DNA of 61,338 bases from Thermoplasmatota archaeon (GTDB lineage: Archaea > Thermoplasmatota > E2 > DHVEG-1 > B18-G2): the NCBI GenBank assembly GCA_029259115.1, contig JAPDJO010000051.1, positions 1 to 61,338 on the forward strand, written 5' to 3'. The position numbers and the translations under genes were made by a program. Below, piece by piece: positions 48,506 through 57,633 of this stretch (position 1 is its first letter; the number at the start of each line of letters is the position of its first letter). A model generated the notes under the pieces. That model saw nothing but the letters and a program-made list of their open reading frames with translations. It was not told where the DNA came from and searched no databases.

Positions 48506-51500
48506 ATGAGATCCAAAAAAACGTGCGGGACAATTTTTATGATAGTGTCTCTGCTCATGTTGAGCATGGGTGCATTGTCTGAGATGCTGTACTACTATGA
48601 AGGTCCGGATACAACCTATGACAATATCAGTTTAGAGGTTTTCTATGTGGAAGGACCATCAAATTTGAAAGAAGGTTCAAAAATATCTGCGAACTTCACC
48701 TTGCTCAACATGAACACGGTCTACATTTACAATTTCACAGCATTCCTGAAAATCAAGCTGCCTGACGGTAAAATAATCGAGTATGATGGGGTTTACAGGG
48801 AAAAGTTGAGTGGATTGGAGAAGATTAGCTGCAACATAACGGTGAATCTTAACATGACAGGCAACTGGAGTATATGGCCATCATACAGGTTTTATGAATA
48901 TCCCGATAATGAGGGCGAAAGGATCGGCCCTGATTACTGGCATGCTTATAATTTTTCGGTTGCTGAAGCATTTCCCGATTTGGCCATTCATGCCATAAGA
49001 TACAATGAAGACAAAAATACGATAGAGGTTGTGGTGGAAAATATTGGTGATGCAGATGTCTCTGAAAATTTTATCGTTGCTATGTATGTTGATGAAGAAC
49101 TGATCAGGGAAGAGGTGGTATCTTCTCTCAAAAAAGGTGAGAGAAAAACCCTTTCTGTAGATGCATCGAATCTGTTCGATGGAAAGAAGATAAAATTCAA
49201 AGCTTTTGCCGATGCATGGAAGTGGATTGATGAAAAGAATGAGAATAATAATATTCTTGAGAGATATTTGACCCCACCAGAGGATACAACACCTCCGCAT
49301 TTTGTAGAAGGTCCAAACGCAGAGAACATAACTTTCGAATCAGCCGAAATAATCTGGAGAACAAACGAACCGTGCACCGGTCTTATCGAGTACGGAAAGA
49401 AATTAACCGATATGAAAAAAGGTATCAAAATCCAGGATCTTTCAACAGAGCATCATGCCCTTCTTGATAATCTTGAATCTAATACCGTGTATGTATATAG
49501 AGTGACAATATTTGATGAGGCGGGAAACAGAGCAATGAGTAGGCACCTGTTCTTCAGAACCTTATCCTATGACGATATAAAACCAACCATCGATGTTGAT
49601 ATATCTGAAAATGTGAGCGGACTTATAGAGATAAAAACGAACTCCTCTGATAATGGAGAGATTGATAGAGTTATCTTTTATATTGACAACAAACCAGTGT
49701 ACACAGATTATCATCCACCTTTTGGTTTTCGGTTCAATACAGAACTTTACAGCGACGGTTCTCATACGTTTGAGGCTAGGGTTTTTGATGCCGCCGGAAA
49801 CATGAACAGCTTCAGAAAAGGCATCTTCATACAAAATGGTATTCCGGAACCTGTCCAGACGATATGTCCTCGAGTTGAAATACTGAGTCCTGCAGATAAT
49901 TCTGGTGTACTGGGATATACACCAATAAGAGTAAGGGTGAATCATACTGTCGGTATAGATAGGGTGGAATTCTGGATAGATGGTGAGCTCGAGCACGTGG
50001 AGTACGGATATCGCGAAATGACCCTTGTGGATCCTCACCAAGGTGAGGTGATCAACATGGGGGATGAATACGAGGAGCTGCCATTTGAAAAGGTGTACGA
50101 CTGGTATGCCGATTCTCTAGAAGGGATAAATCTTCGGAACAGCATGTTTAATGAAAGCAGTGAAATTATAGAAAATAAGAGCACGGTTATAGAGGTGAGG
50201 GCATACGACAAGTTTGGGGTAGTTGGTAAGGACTCGATAACAGTTTACCATGAATGGGCGTCCCCACCGGATGCATCTCTTTCTCTCTCGAGAAGGGTGC
50301 ACAGGAGAGGCCATTATTTTGTAGTTAATGTGACCATATGGAACATGGGCTATCTCGATGCCGATGATGTGATTATAGAAGAGCATCATCTCGGCTTCCA
50401 GCCGGGACAGCTCTTATATTCTGATACTCCAATAGATTTCGAATTCACCGGTATAGAGACTGATCTCCTGGTAACTCAGTGGGGGATAATAAAAGTACCC
50501 GATGGAAAACTGAGAATATCGATTCCAGAGATACCTGCGAGAGAATACTTGAGATTCTCCTACGAACTTTTCCCCGTACTGTTCAATAGTGTTACCGCAG
50601 ATAGATATGGCATAGCCTCCCAGACCATTGTCAGATACCTTTCCGATTCGAAAGCCAAAACAAAATATTACAACTCATCCTTCGAACCCTCTCCAGGGTG
50701 GACAGCGCAGGAGGTTATTAATGCCTTCAAAACATCGGATTATCTTATCGTAACCAATCCCTTACTCCTGTACGCATTCACAACATCCTCCTTCCAGGAT
50801 GAGAATGAACTGCTCCTCACAATGGCTGAGCTTGCTAGGGAAAAAAATGGCGTACTCGGCTATCTCATGTTCAATTCCTATACAAATCCTCCTGTATATC
50901 CAGAGGACATAGATAATATTATTGAAAGTTGGGGTAAGAACTATCTGAATGAGAGTTGGGAATCGGAGGGCTATCTGTTATTAGTTGGTGAGATAGAGAT
51001 AATCCCATCATTTGTGAAAGGTTGGGATAGAGATTATGACCTGAGTGATGAAACGATATATCATACCGATTATCCATATGCAAGCACGAGAGGAGAGGCA
51101 ATATCTCCAGAACTCCATCTTGGAAGGATAATAGGTAACACTGCGGCAGATCTGATTATACCCATAAGGTCGAGTCTGGATGTTCATTATGGAAGAGCGG
51201 TATTTATCAAAGGACAGGGTGGAAAGGCTGTTTGCATAAGTGGATGGGGCAATGGTGAAGGTGGCTTCTGGTCGGATATAGATAATATTGGATCCAAACT
51301 ACAAGATGCAGGATTCAGTGTAGTGAAGATAAGAGGAAGCTCATACAAGAAGAGTGATGGAAAAGTGGATCAAGTAAGAGTGTACAATGAACTTCGTAAC
51401 AACTCCTATGGTGCAAGCGTTATAGTATACAGAAACCATGGAAATGATAACGGTAGGGCCTGGTCTGGTGTTGTAAGCAGTGATCCAAGGGTTAAAAAAC

Positions 51501-51859
51501 AATATGCTGGAAATATCAGTTTTGGAAACTCAAGACCACTCGTATTTGCGTGCTGTTGCTGTGCAGGGCAGTACGAAGACAATCCAAACTACTCTCCGGG
51601 TGGTGAAAATGGAATTGCCGAAGCGATGCTCAAGATAGGGGCTGGGGTATACATAGGATCGACAGAAATATCAATGAGCAACACAAACAGCGAATACAGC
51701 AGGGACTTTTTCGATCGATGGTTAGATGATCCAGACAAAAGCATAGCTCAGGCATGGAAAGAAACGAGACGTTATGCTGCCGATGAATGGTGGTTTGAGA
51801 ACGATAGATACTGGTCTGCTGAGTATCAGTTTTATGGTGATCCCAAATTTGGGGAGTGA
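48506..51859 (+). CDS. Large secreted protein: CARDB, FN3 and Ig-like domains, then C-terminal gingipain-type peptidase C25 domain
   Basis: Signal peptide; PDLAI..VENIG..NENNN (CARDB); IIWRTNEP..EYG..H...L..LE..TVY.YRV (FN3); DYLIVT, YLLLVGE..IIP, TDYPYA, PELHLGRIIG, NHG, FACCCCAG, YIGST, FYGDP (C25). Confidence 0.85.
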   Translation: MRSKKTCGTIFMIVSLLMLSMGALSEMLYYYEGPDTTYDNISLEVFYVEGPSNLKEGSKISANFTLLNMNTVYIYNFTAFLKIKLPDGKIIEYDGVYREKLSGLEKISCNITVNLNMTGNWSIWPSYRFYEYPDNEGERIGPDYWHAYNFSVAEAFPDLAIHAIRYNEDKNTIEVVVENIGDADVSENFIVAMYVDEELIREEVVSSLKKGERKTLSVDASNLFDGKKIKFKAFADAWKWIDEKNENNNILERYLTPPEDTTPPHFVEGPNAENITFESAEIIWRTNEPCTGLIEYGKKLTDMKKGIKIQDLSTEHHALLDNLESNTVYVYRVTIFDEAGNRAMSRHLFFRTLSYDDIKPTIDVDISENVSGLIEIKTNSSDNGEIDRVIFYIDNKPVYTDYHPPFGFRFNTELYSDGSHTFEARVFDAAGNMNSFRKGIFIQNGIPEPVQTICPRVEILSPADNSGVLGYTPIRVRVNHTVGIDRVEFWIDGELEHVEYGYREMTLVDPHQGEVINMGDEYEELPFEKVYDWYADSLEGINLRNSMFNESSEIIENKSTVIEVRAYDKFGVVGKDSITVYHEWASPPDASLSLSRRVHRRGHYFVVNVTIWNMGYLDADDVIIEEHHLGFQPGQLLYSDTPIDFEFTGIETDLLVTQWGIIKVPDGKLRISIPEIPAREYLRFSYELFPVLFNSVTADRYGIASQTIVRYLSDSKAKTKYYNSSFEPSPGWTAQEVINAFKTSDYLIVTNPLLLYAFTTSSFQDENELLLTMAELAREKNGVLGYLMFNSYTNPPVYPEDIDNIIESWGKNYLNESWESEGYLLLVGEIEIIPSFVKGWDRDYDLSDETIYHTDYPYASTRGEAISPELHLGRIIGNTAADLIIPIRSSLDVHYGRAVFIKGQGGKAVCISGWGNGEGGFWSDIDNIGSKLQDAGFSVVKIRGSSYKKSDGKVDQVRVYNELRNNSYGASVIVYRNHGNDNGRAWSGVVSSDPRVKKQYAGNISFGNSRPLVFACCCCAGQYEDNPNYSPGGENGIAEAMLKIGAGVYIGSTEISMSNTNSEYSRDFFDRWLDDPDKSIAQAWKETRRYAADEWWFENDRYWSAEYQFYGDPKFGE

Positions 51860-53118
51860 TAGAGATGGTAAGAAGATTCTGGTTTGTTTTGTTTGTGCTA
51901 ATGATGCTACAGATTTTCACGTTTCCAGGATACTCAGAGAATGAGATGGAAGAGGAAATTGAAATCGAAATACCTGGGTATGAAGTGAACAAAACAGACG
52001 GATATGATGAAGTCACCATACCCGGCGGGAGGATTTTATCCGTAGAGGGTAAGCCTCTTGTTCCATATTACATAGTGAGAAAGTGGTATTCTCAAGATAT
52101 TGAAATACAAAGTGTTGACCTCATAGAGAGAAGTGGTTTGAAGGAAGAAACCGGGCTTAATCTGAAAACTTTCAAGATCCAGTGGGGAGGAGAAAATCTC
52201 ACAGATGGAGAAGCATCCTCGGGCGCCGCCGGATGGTTTCCAGAAGAAAATTACACATGGTTTGTGGATGAAGAGCCGAATGGAACGAGCAGGTTGGTTT
52301 TAATTATCTTTCCATTCTTTTACAATAATATCACCAAGGAGTCCAGATTCTATCGACACTACACATTCAGAGTGAGTTATATATCCTCAAAGTTTTCGAT
52401 ATCCTCGGTATATCCTGATAAGTTTGGATACGATATCGGTGAGACAGTTGTTATTCATATTGTGATATCAAGTGATGATGAGCAACCAAGAACATTAGTA
52501 ATTGATGGAACTGTCAAGAAGCAGGGAAAAATTGTTGATTCGTTGCCTCCGGTAGAGTTGAAGGATTTCATATCTCTCGGTGATGCGGCGCTGGAATGGG
52601 ACACGAAAGATATCGAGCATGGATGGTATGATATAGAAGTGGAATTGAGAGACATTGACGGTTTCATACTTGATAGAAAAGCTTTTTCGCTCACCATAGG
52701 CAAAATGGAGGTAAATATAACAAATCTCACCGTCAATAAGAAAACTTTTGAAATCGGAAAAAACATAAAATTTTACGCTACAGTGGAGAATTGTGGGAAT
52801 GTTTCGGCATCAGGTCATTTGATTGTGGAAATTAGATGTGGCGGAGAAACCATAAAGACATACAGCTATCCATTTAACAATCTCTCATCCGGGGAAAGCA
52901 TTGATTTTGATGGTTCATGGGACACTTCAAATGCCACCAAGAACCAGACCTATTACGTTGTTGGATACGTTTCCTATGCTGGAAGATCCTCACTGCCAAT
53001 TATTGTGGAAATAAAAGCAGTGGAGAAACAGGGAAAGACACCAGGTTTTGAGATCCCATTACTGCTGACAGCGACACTTTTGGTTGCATTTTGCAGAAGG
53101 AAGATATTTAAGTCGTAG
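51856..53118 (+). CDS. Secreted C25-propeptide-like protein with Ig/CARDB domains and PGF-CTERM anchor
   Basis: Own signal peptide (MVRRFWFVLFVLMMLQIF, ATG 51865); EVTIPGG..LS.EGKPLVP...GWFPE...LIIFPFFYN resembles the gingipain propeptide; ends KTPGFEIPLLLTATLLVAFCRRK. Confidence 0.72.
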   Translation: MIEMVRRFWFVLFVLMMLQIFTFPGYSENEMEEEIEIEIPGYEVNKTDGYDEVTIPGGRILSVEGKPLVPYYIVRKWYSQDIEIQSVDLIERSGLKEETGLNLKTFKIQWGGENLTDGEASSGAAGWFPEENYTWFVDEEPNGTSRLVLIIFPFFYNNITKESRFYRHYTFRVSYISSKFSISSVYPDKFGYDIGETVVIHIVISSDDEQPRTLVIDGTVKKQGKIVDSLPPVELKDFISLGDAALEWDTKDIEHGWYDIEVELRDIDGFILDRKAFSLTIGKMEVNITNLTVNKKTFEIGKNIKFYATVENCGNVSASGHLIVEIRCGGETIKTYSYPFNNLSSGESIDFDGSWDTSNATKNQTYYVVGYVSYAGRSSLPIIVEIKAVEKQGKTPGFEIPLLLTATLLVAFCRRKIFKS

Positions 53119-53136
53119 GGAAACATTATATCCTAG

Positions 53137-53891
53137 ATGACCGAAGGTCCAACAGCGAGATTGAGAGCCATACAGATAGAAAAAGAGTTTCTGGGCAAAA
53201 GACTGGAGAATATAAATATCAGAAGTAAAAGGGTATTTGTTGATCCCAATGAACTTGTTGGAACAAGGTTGCGAAGAGCATATACATATGGTAAAAACAT
53301 CTTCTGAGTTTTGAACCATACGGAATAAGAATTCACCTTATGATGTATGGTAGCATAAGATTTGAAGAAAAGTTCTCAAAACCCGAGAACAGAATTAGAT
53401 TGATTTTGGATTTTGAATCTGGAAGGATGGTCGTTTACAATGCCCCGATAGTTGAGGTGGATTTTCTTGAAAACATAGAGGATAGATTGTCCAAGGAGCT
53501 TGGTATAGATCCTCTCAGGAACTGGGATGAGGAGAAACTATTCAACATGCTTATCGAGAATAGGGACAGAGTTATAGGTGAGGTACTCCTTGACCAGTCT
53601 GTATTTGCAGGTGTTGGAAATATCCTGAGAAACGAAATTCTTTTCAGGTCAGGCATAAGACCTGACAGGAGAATATCAGATATTCCAGAGAAAAAACTCA
53701 AACTTCTCATCAGGATAACAAAAAGACTCTGTGAGGAATTTCTTGATAGCAAACTCAAAGGCAGAGGGATAAAGAGATTGTTGATGGTTTACAACCGCAA
53801 ATACTGCGGGAGATGTGAGGGTAAGATAAGTTATTACAGAGACGAATTCACCGGGAGAAAGACTTTCTTCTGTCCAAACTGTCAGTCATAG
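53137..53891 (+). pseudogene. nei: Fpg/Nei-family DNA glycosylase, frameshifted (or sequencing error)
   Basis: 53137-53307 encodes MTEGPTAR...AYTYGKNIF*; the -1 frame from 53304 continues LSFEPYGIRIHLMMYG...LLDQSVFAGVGNILRNE (H2TH)...CGRC..FCPNCQ (Zn finger). Confidence 0.85.
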
Positions 53892-54654
53892 CCCTCTCAA
53901 TAACTCTCTCTTCAATCTCCTTTGCCTTTCTCCTGAAACTCTCATTAAACTCAAATTCAAATTCGTATTTCACATCAACCAGCACAAGATTTTCACCCCT
54001 CGCTATCCCAAAGAACCTCCTTTCATCCGGTTTTTCCAGAGCCATTTTCACTTCATTTATATCTATTTCGTGATACCCAAGTTTTTCGAGAGCGGAAACT
54101 ATCCTTCTGACTTGTTGCCATACAAATGTTTGGGCAAAGAAGTTTATTGATAAGAGATTACCAAATTTATCCACAATTATATTCTTTATCTCTCTAACTG
54201 TCTTTCTCCTTTCATCATGTTTGCAGAAATTCTTAAAATCTCTTTCACCGGTAAACAGATTTGCCCCCTCTAAAAAGGCATCGAAATCGAAATCATCGTT
54301 TACTTTTAGATAATACCGGTAATGTCTCAGTTTTGCAAATCTCGGATAAAACTTCTGGTCAACTTCTTTGAAGCCATAGAACCATATATCGTCCAGCTCT
54401 TCATTGATTTCCCTCAGCACCTCTATAGATAAATCATAATAGCAGTCAAATGCTATCACATTTCCGAGAGCAGATACACCTTTATCTGTTCTACTCGCAG
54501 ATCTGAATCTGTTTATCTTTGGATTGTTTATCAACCTTAGGATCTCGAGAGTATTAATTATTGCTCCTTCCACAGTGTAAACATTTGGCTGTCTTGCGTA
54601 GCCATGAAAATTTATCCCATCATAGGCAAATTTGAAAGCATATCTCATCTTCAT
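53848..54654 (-). CDS. truA: tRNA pseudouridine(38-40) synthase
   Basis: YDGINFHGYARQP, TVEG, ASRTDKGVSALGN, RHYRY, GERDFKNF, FVWQQVRRIV. Confidence 0.93.
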   Translation of the reverse strand: MKMRYAFKFAYDGINFHGYARQPNVYTVEGAIINTLEILRLINNPKINRFRSASRTDKGVSALGNVIAFDCYYDLSIEVLREINEELDDIWFYGFKEVDQKFYPRFAKLRHYRYYLKVNDDFDFDAFLEGANLFTGERDFKNFCKHDERRKTVREIKNIIVDKFGNLLSINFFAQTFVWQQVRRIVSALEKLGYHEIDINEVKMALEKPDERRFFGIARGENLVLVDVKYEFEFEFNESFRRKAKEIEERVIERAMTDSLDRRKSFSR

Positions 54655-54704
54655 TCTCAAAACAAGGGTTGATTTAAATAGTTATCAAGTGATAACCACC
54701 AACC

Positions 54705-55979
54705 ATGGGTACAAAAGATATACTCCTTTCACGCTCTGGTGCGGCGCCAGGCGATTTGATTAGAATAAAAAAAGAAGGCGAAGAGTTCGTTGGCATTCTC
54801 ATGCCTTCTCATGATTTCAGTGATGATGATATTGTTGTTATAAAACTCAGAAACGGGTATAACATAGGTGTGGAAGTAAGCGACAATACAGAAATTGAGA
54901 TAATCGAAAAGGGGGAGATTTCAAGAAGGATAATCGAGAAGGAGATACCATTTGATCCCAGCAAGCCGACGATTTCCATCCTTGGCACAGGCGGTACAAT
55001 AGCGAGCTACGTGGATTACAGAACAGGAGCTGTTCATCCCGCGTATTCAGCTGAGGACTTGGCCTATTCTGTTCCGGAGATATTTGAGATATGTAACATA
55101 AGGGCAAGAATTCTATTCCAGTTGCTGAGCGAGAATATAGGTATCGAAAACTGGAAAATTCTAGCCAGAGAGATAGCAAACGAATTCAACAAAGAGGATG
55201 TAAGAGGAGTTATCATCCCTCATGGAACCGATACAATGGGCTACACGGCGGCGGCGCTATCTTTCATGCTCAAAAAGTTGTCTGGTCCTGTTGTCCTAGT
55301 CGGTGCACAGAGGTCAAGTGTTAGGCCTTCTTCAGATGCTTATCAGAATCTGTACCATGCTTCTCTCGTGGCATCAGAAACTGACATTGGCGAAGTAGTT
55401 GTGGTTATGCATGGAGAAAGCTCCGATACATACTCATTGATACACAGAGGAGTCAGAGTTCGAAAGATGCATACATCAAGGAGAGATGCCTTCAGGAGCA
55501 TAAATTCTGAGCCTATAGGAAAAATAGAAAACGACGTAATAACAGTAGAGAATGATTACAGAAAAGCAGAGAGCGGGGAAGTTGAGGTCGATGATAAAAT
55601 GTGTGAAGATGTTGCGCTTGTATACTTCTATCCGGGCATGAGGGCTGATGACATTCCTGAAAAAAAGGGGATAGTCATAATGGGAACAGGGCTTGGACAT
55701 GTATCTAAAAATCTTCTGTCACGACTGAAAGAGCTTATAGAGAATGGCTCAACGGTTGTGATGACATCACAGTGCTTATATGGTAGAGTTAATCTCAATG
55801 TGTATTCTACAGGAAGAGAGCTTCTGAAAATAGGTGTTATTCCAGCTGAAGATATGTTGCCTGAGGTGGCTTATGTAAAATTGATGTGGGTACTAGCTCA
55901 TGCAAAAGACAGAGAGGAAATAAAAAAACTGATGTTAACAAATATAGCTGGCGAAATTGGTGATAGAACCCTCTACTAA
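54705..55979 (+). CDS. gatD: Glu-tRNA(Gln) amidotransferase subunit D
   Basis: IKLRNGYNIG, GTGGTIASYVDYRTGAV, HGTDTM, GAQRSS, RKMHTSRRDAF, GTGLGH, DMLPEVAYVKL. Confidence 0.95.
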   Translation: MGTKDILLSRSGAAPGDLIRIKKEGEEFVGILMPSHDFSDDDIVVIKLRNGYNIGVEVSDNTEIEIIEKGEISRRIIEKEIPFDPSKPTISILGTGGTIASYVDYRTGAVHPAYSAEDLAYSVPEIFEICNIRARILFQLLSENIGIENWKILAREIANEFNKEDVRGVIIPHGTDTMGYTAAALSFMLKKLSGPVVLVGAQRSSVRPSSDAYQNLYHASLVASETDIGEVVVVMHGESSDTYSLIHRGVRVRKMHTSRRDAFRSINSEPIGKIENDVITVENDYRKAESGEVEVDDKMCEDVALVYFYPGMRADDIPEKKGIVIMGTGLGHVSKNLLSRLKELIENGSTVVMTSQCLYGRVNLNVYSTGRELLKIGVIPAEDMLPEVAYVKLMWVLAHAKDREEIKKLMLTNIAGEIGDRTLY

Positions 55980-55997
55980 TCTCACTATAGGTCTATT

Positions 55998-57047
55998 TCA
56001 TTCGATCGAGGGCGGTATCAGAAAGATTTCATCTCTGTATTTCACAATTTTTACAGTTTTGTCAAGTTCTATCTCTGCTGGTATAACTGCATCTACTGTT
56101 CTGTAGGTATCTGGATCAAGTATCTGTATCTCTTTACCCCTTTTACTGACAACCACAGCTTCTCTCACAAAGTCCTCTTTCCTCAGGACGTTAAAATCTA
56201 CAATTTCCTTATGTCGAAAACTGTACTCTTTCCAGCTCTTCAAATCCACAGCCTTTACACCGCTGGATGAGAACCATTTTATATAGAATATCTTCTCATC
56301 CTTGACTATAACATCGTGCTTCCTGTACTTATGGAGCCTTAGCAGATACGTCATCCTGTATTGTTTTACACCATCTTTCATACCAAACAGTTTTGCAGAT
56401 GTTTTAATCTCCCCTCCAAATCTGTCCCTTATCTGGTACACCAGAGAGTGGGCAACTCTCTTATCACTTATATAAAAGTCAACCCCTCCTCTTGTCTCTT
56501 TCCTATCAGCTATAAAGACGTCTCTCCCTTCCTTTCCGAGCCTGTTCACGCTTTCTGTAAGATACTTTTCTATGGACTCCATTTCCCCCTTGTCAAAACC
56601 CCTTTCATCCGTCCTTATCTGGATAATTGCCTCATAGTATTTTCCGGCTTTTCTCGAGCATCTTGGACATACTGTTTTCTCAACTAGAATCTCTGTGTAA
56701 AGATTCTCTTCAACCTTATTTCCATCTATTTCACCTTCTATTTTGATGGCAGCATCATAGAGAGTTTTTCCTTTTCTGCGGAAATCAACATCAACCCTTC
56801 TCCATGTTATCTGTGGAGAGAAGGATGTATTTTCAATTATTAATCTTCTCATCCCTTCGTATAAGTCTTCCTCTATCCATTTACCCCTATGCTTGATAAA
56901 ACCACAAACCGGACACATCTCTATTCTCAGCCTGCCATCAATCTGAGAAAAGCTTCCTTTCTCAGAGTAGCACTTTGCGCATAGCCCATCTATCAGCTTA
57001 TCTGTTTCTCTTCCGCAATTAACGCAGAACGCTTTGCTTCTTCTCAT
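55998..57047 (-). CDS. nmd3: NMD3-family ribosome export/maturation protein
   Basis: FCVNCG, LCAKC, CPVCG, CPRCSR..G.YYEAIIQIR, GGVDFY, C-terminal eIF5A-like QILDPDTY. Confidence 0.9.
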   Translation of the reverse strand: MRRSKAFCVNCGRETDKLIDGLCAKCYSEKGSFSQIDGRLRIEMCPVCGFIKHRGKWIEEDLYEGMRRLIIENTSFSPQITWRRVDVDFRRKGKTLYDAAIKIEGEIDGNKVEENLYTEILVEKTVCPRCSRKAGKYYEAIIQIRTDERGFDKGEMESIEKYLTESVNRLGKEGRDVFIADRKETRGGVDFYISDKRVAHSLVYQIRDRFGGEIKTSAKLFGMKDGVKQYRMTYLLRLHKYRKHDVIVKDEKIFYIKWFSSSGVKAVDLKSWKEYSFRHKEIVDFNVLRKEDFVREAVVVSKRGKEIQILDPDTYRTVDAVIPAEIELDKTVKIVKYRDEIFLIPPSIE

Positions 57048-57633
57048 CTTTCAATTTCAATATCTCTTCTCTCCCGAGGTTAAAAGCTTTACTGTTGATG
57101 TCCTTGTTTGGAAGTCTCTCCTCAATAATTTTCAGCAATAATTCGTGAGAAAAAGGAAGTATATCCAGAGCAGATAGTGCTCCGAGCAGCACTATATTCT
57201 TTGATATGATATCACCAGCTTTTATGGCGAGGGAGTTTGCGTCGATTGCGTACACCTCTTTACAGTTCCTTTCCACCTCGTCGAGTATCTTTTTAACAGA
57301 TGGGTACTCCACACCTTCAAATATAACAGAGGGCGGAACAACTGGATTCACATCAGTTACCACAATAGTATCTTTATTTGCTTTATCTATCTGTCTCAGG
57401 GCTTCTGCTGGCTCTGTACTCACAATTACATCGGCAGAACCTCTCGCTACAAGAGGAGAATTGATATCACCCATCCTGACATCGCATTTGACAATGCCGC
57501 CTCTCTGCGCCATACCATGAACTTCAGATACAAGGACATTCAAACCGGTTTTTACAGCGGCTCTGCCAAGAAGTGAAGCCATTGTAAGTATACCCTGCCC
57601 TCCAACACCTGCCAGAACGATTTCTATTTTCAT
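57019..57633 (-). CDS. iorB: Indolepyruvate:ferredoxin oxidoreductase beta subunit
   Basis: AGVGGQG, SEVHGMAQRGG, EPAEALR, NIVLLGA, NSKAFNLG. Confidence 0.95.
   Translation of the reverse strand: MKIEIVLAGVGGQGILTMASLLGRAAVKTGLNVLVSEVHGMAQRGGIVKCDVRMGDINSPLVARGSADVIVSTEPAEALRQIDKANKDTIVVTDVNPVVPPSVIFEGVEYPSVKKILDEVERNCKEVYAIDANSLAIKAGDIISKNIVLLGALSALDILPFSHELLLKIIEERLPNKDINSKAFNLGREEILKLKDEKKQSVLR

Noticed and set aside
53290-53320. Programmed frameshift or TGA recoding (selenocysteine) in nei
   Set aside because: The continuation is in another frame, so readthrough would not help, and no X XXY YYZ slippery site or obvious stimulatory hairpin is present.
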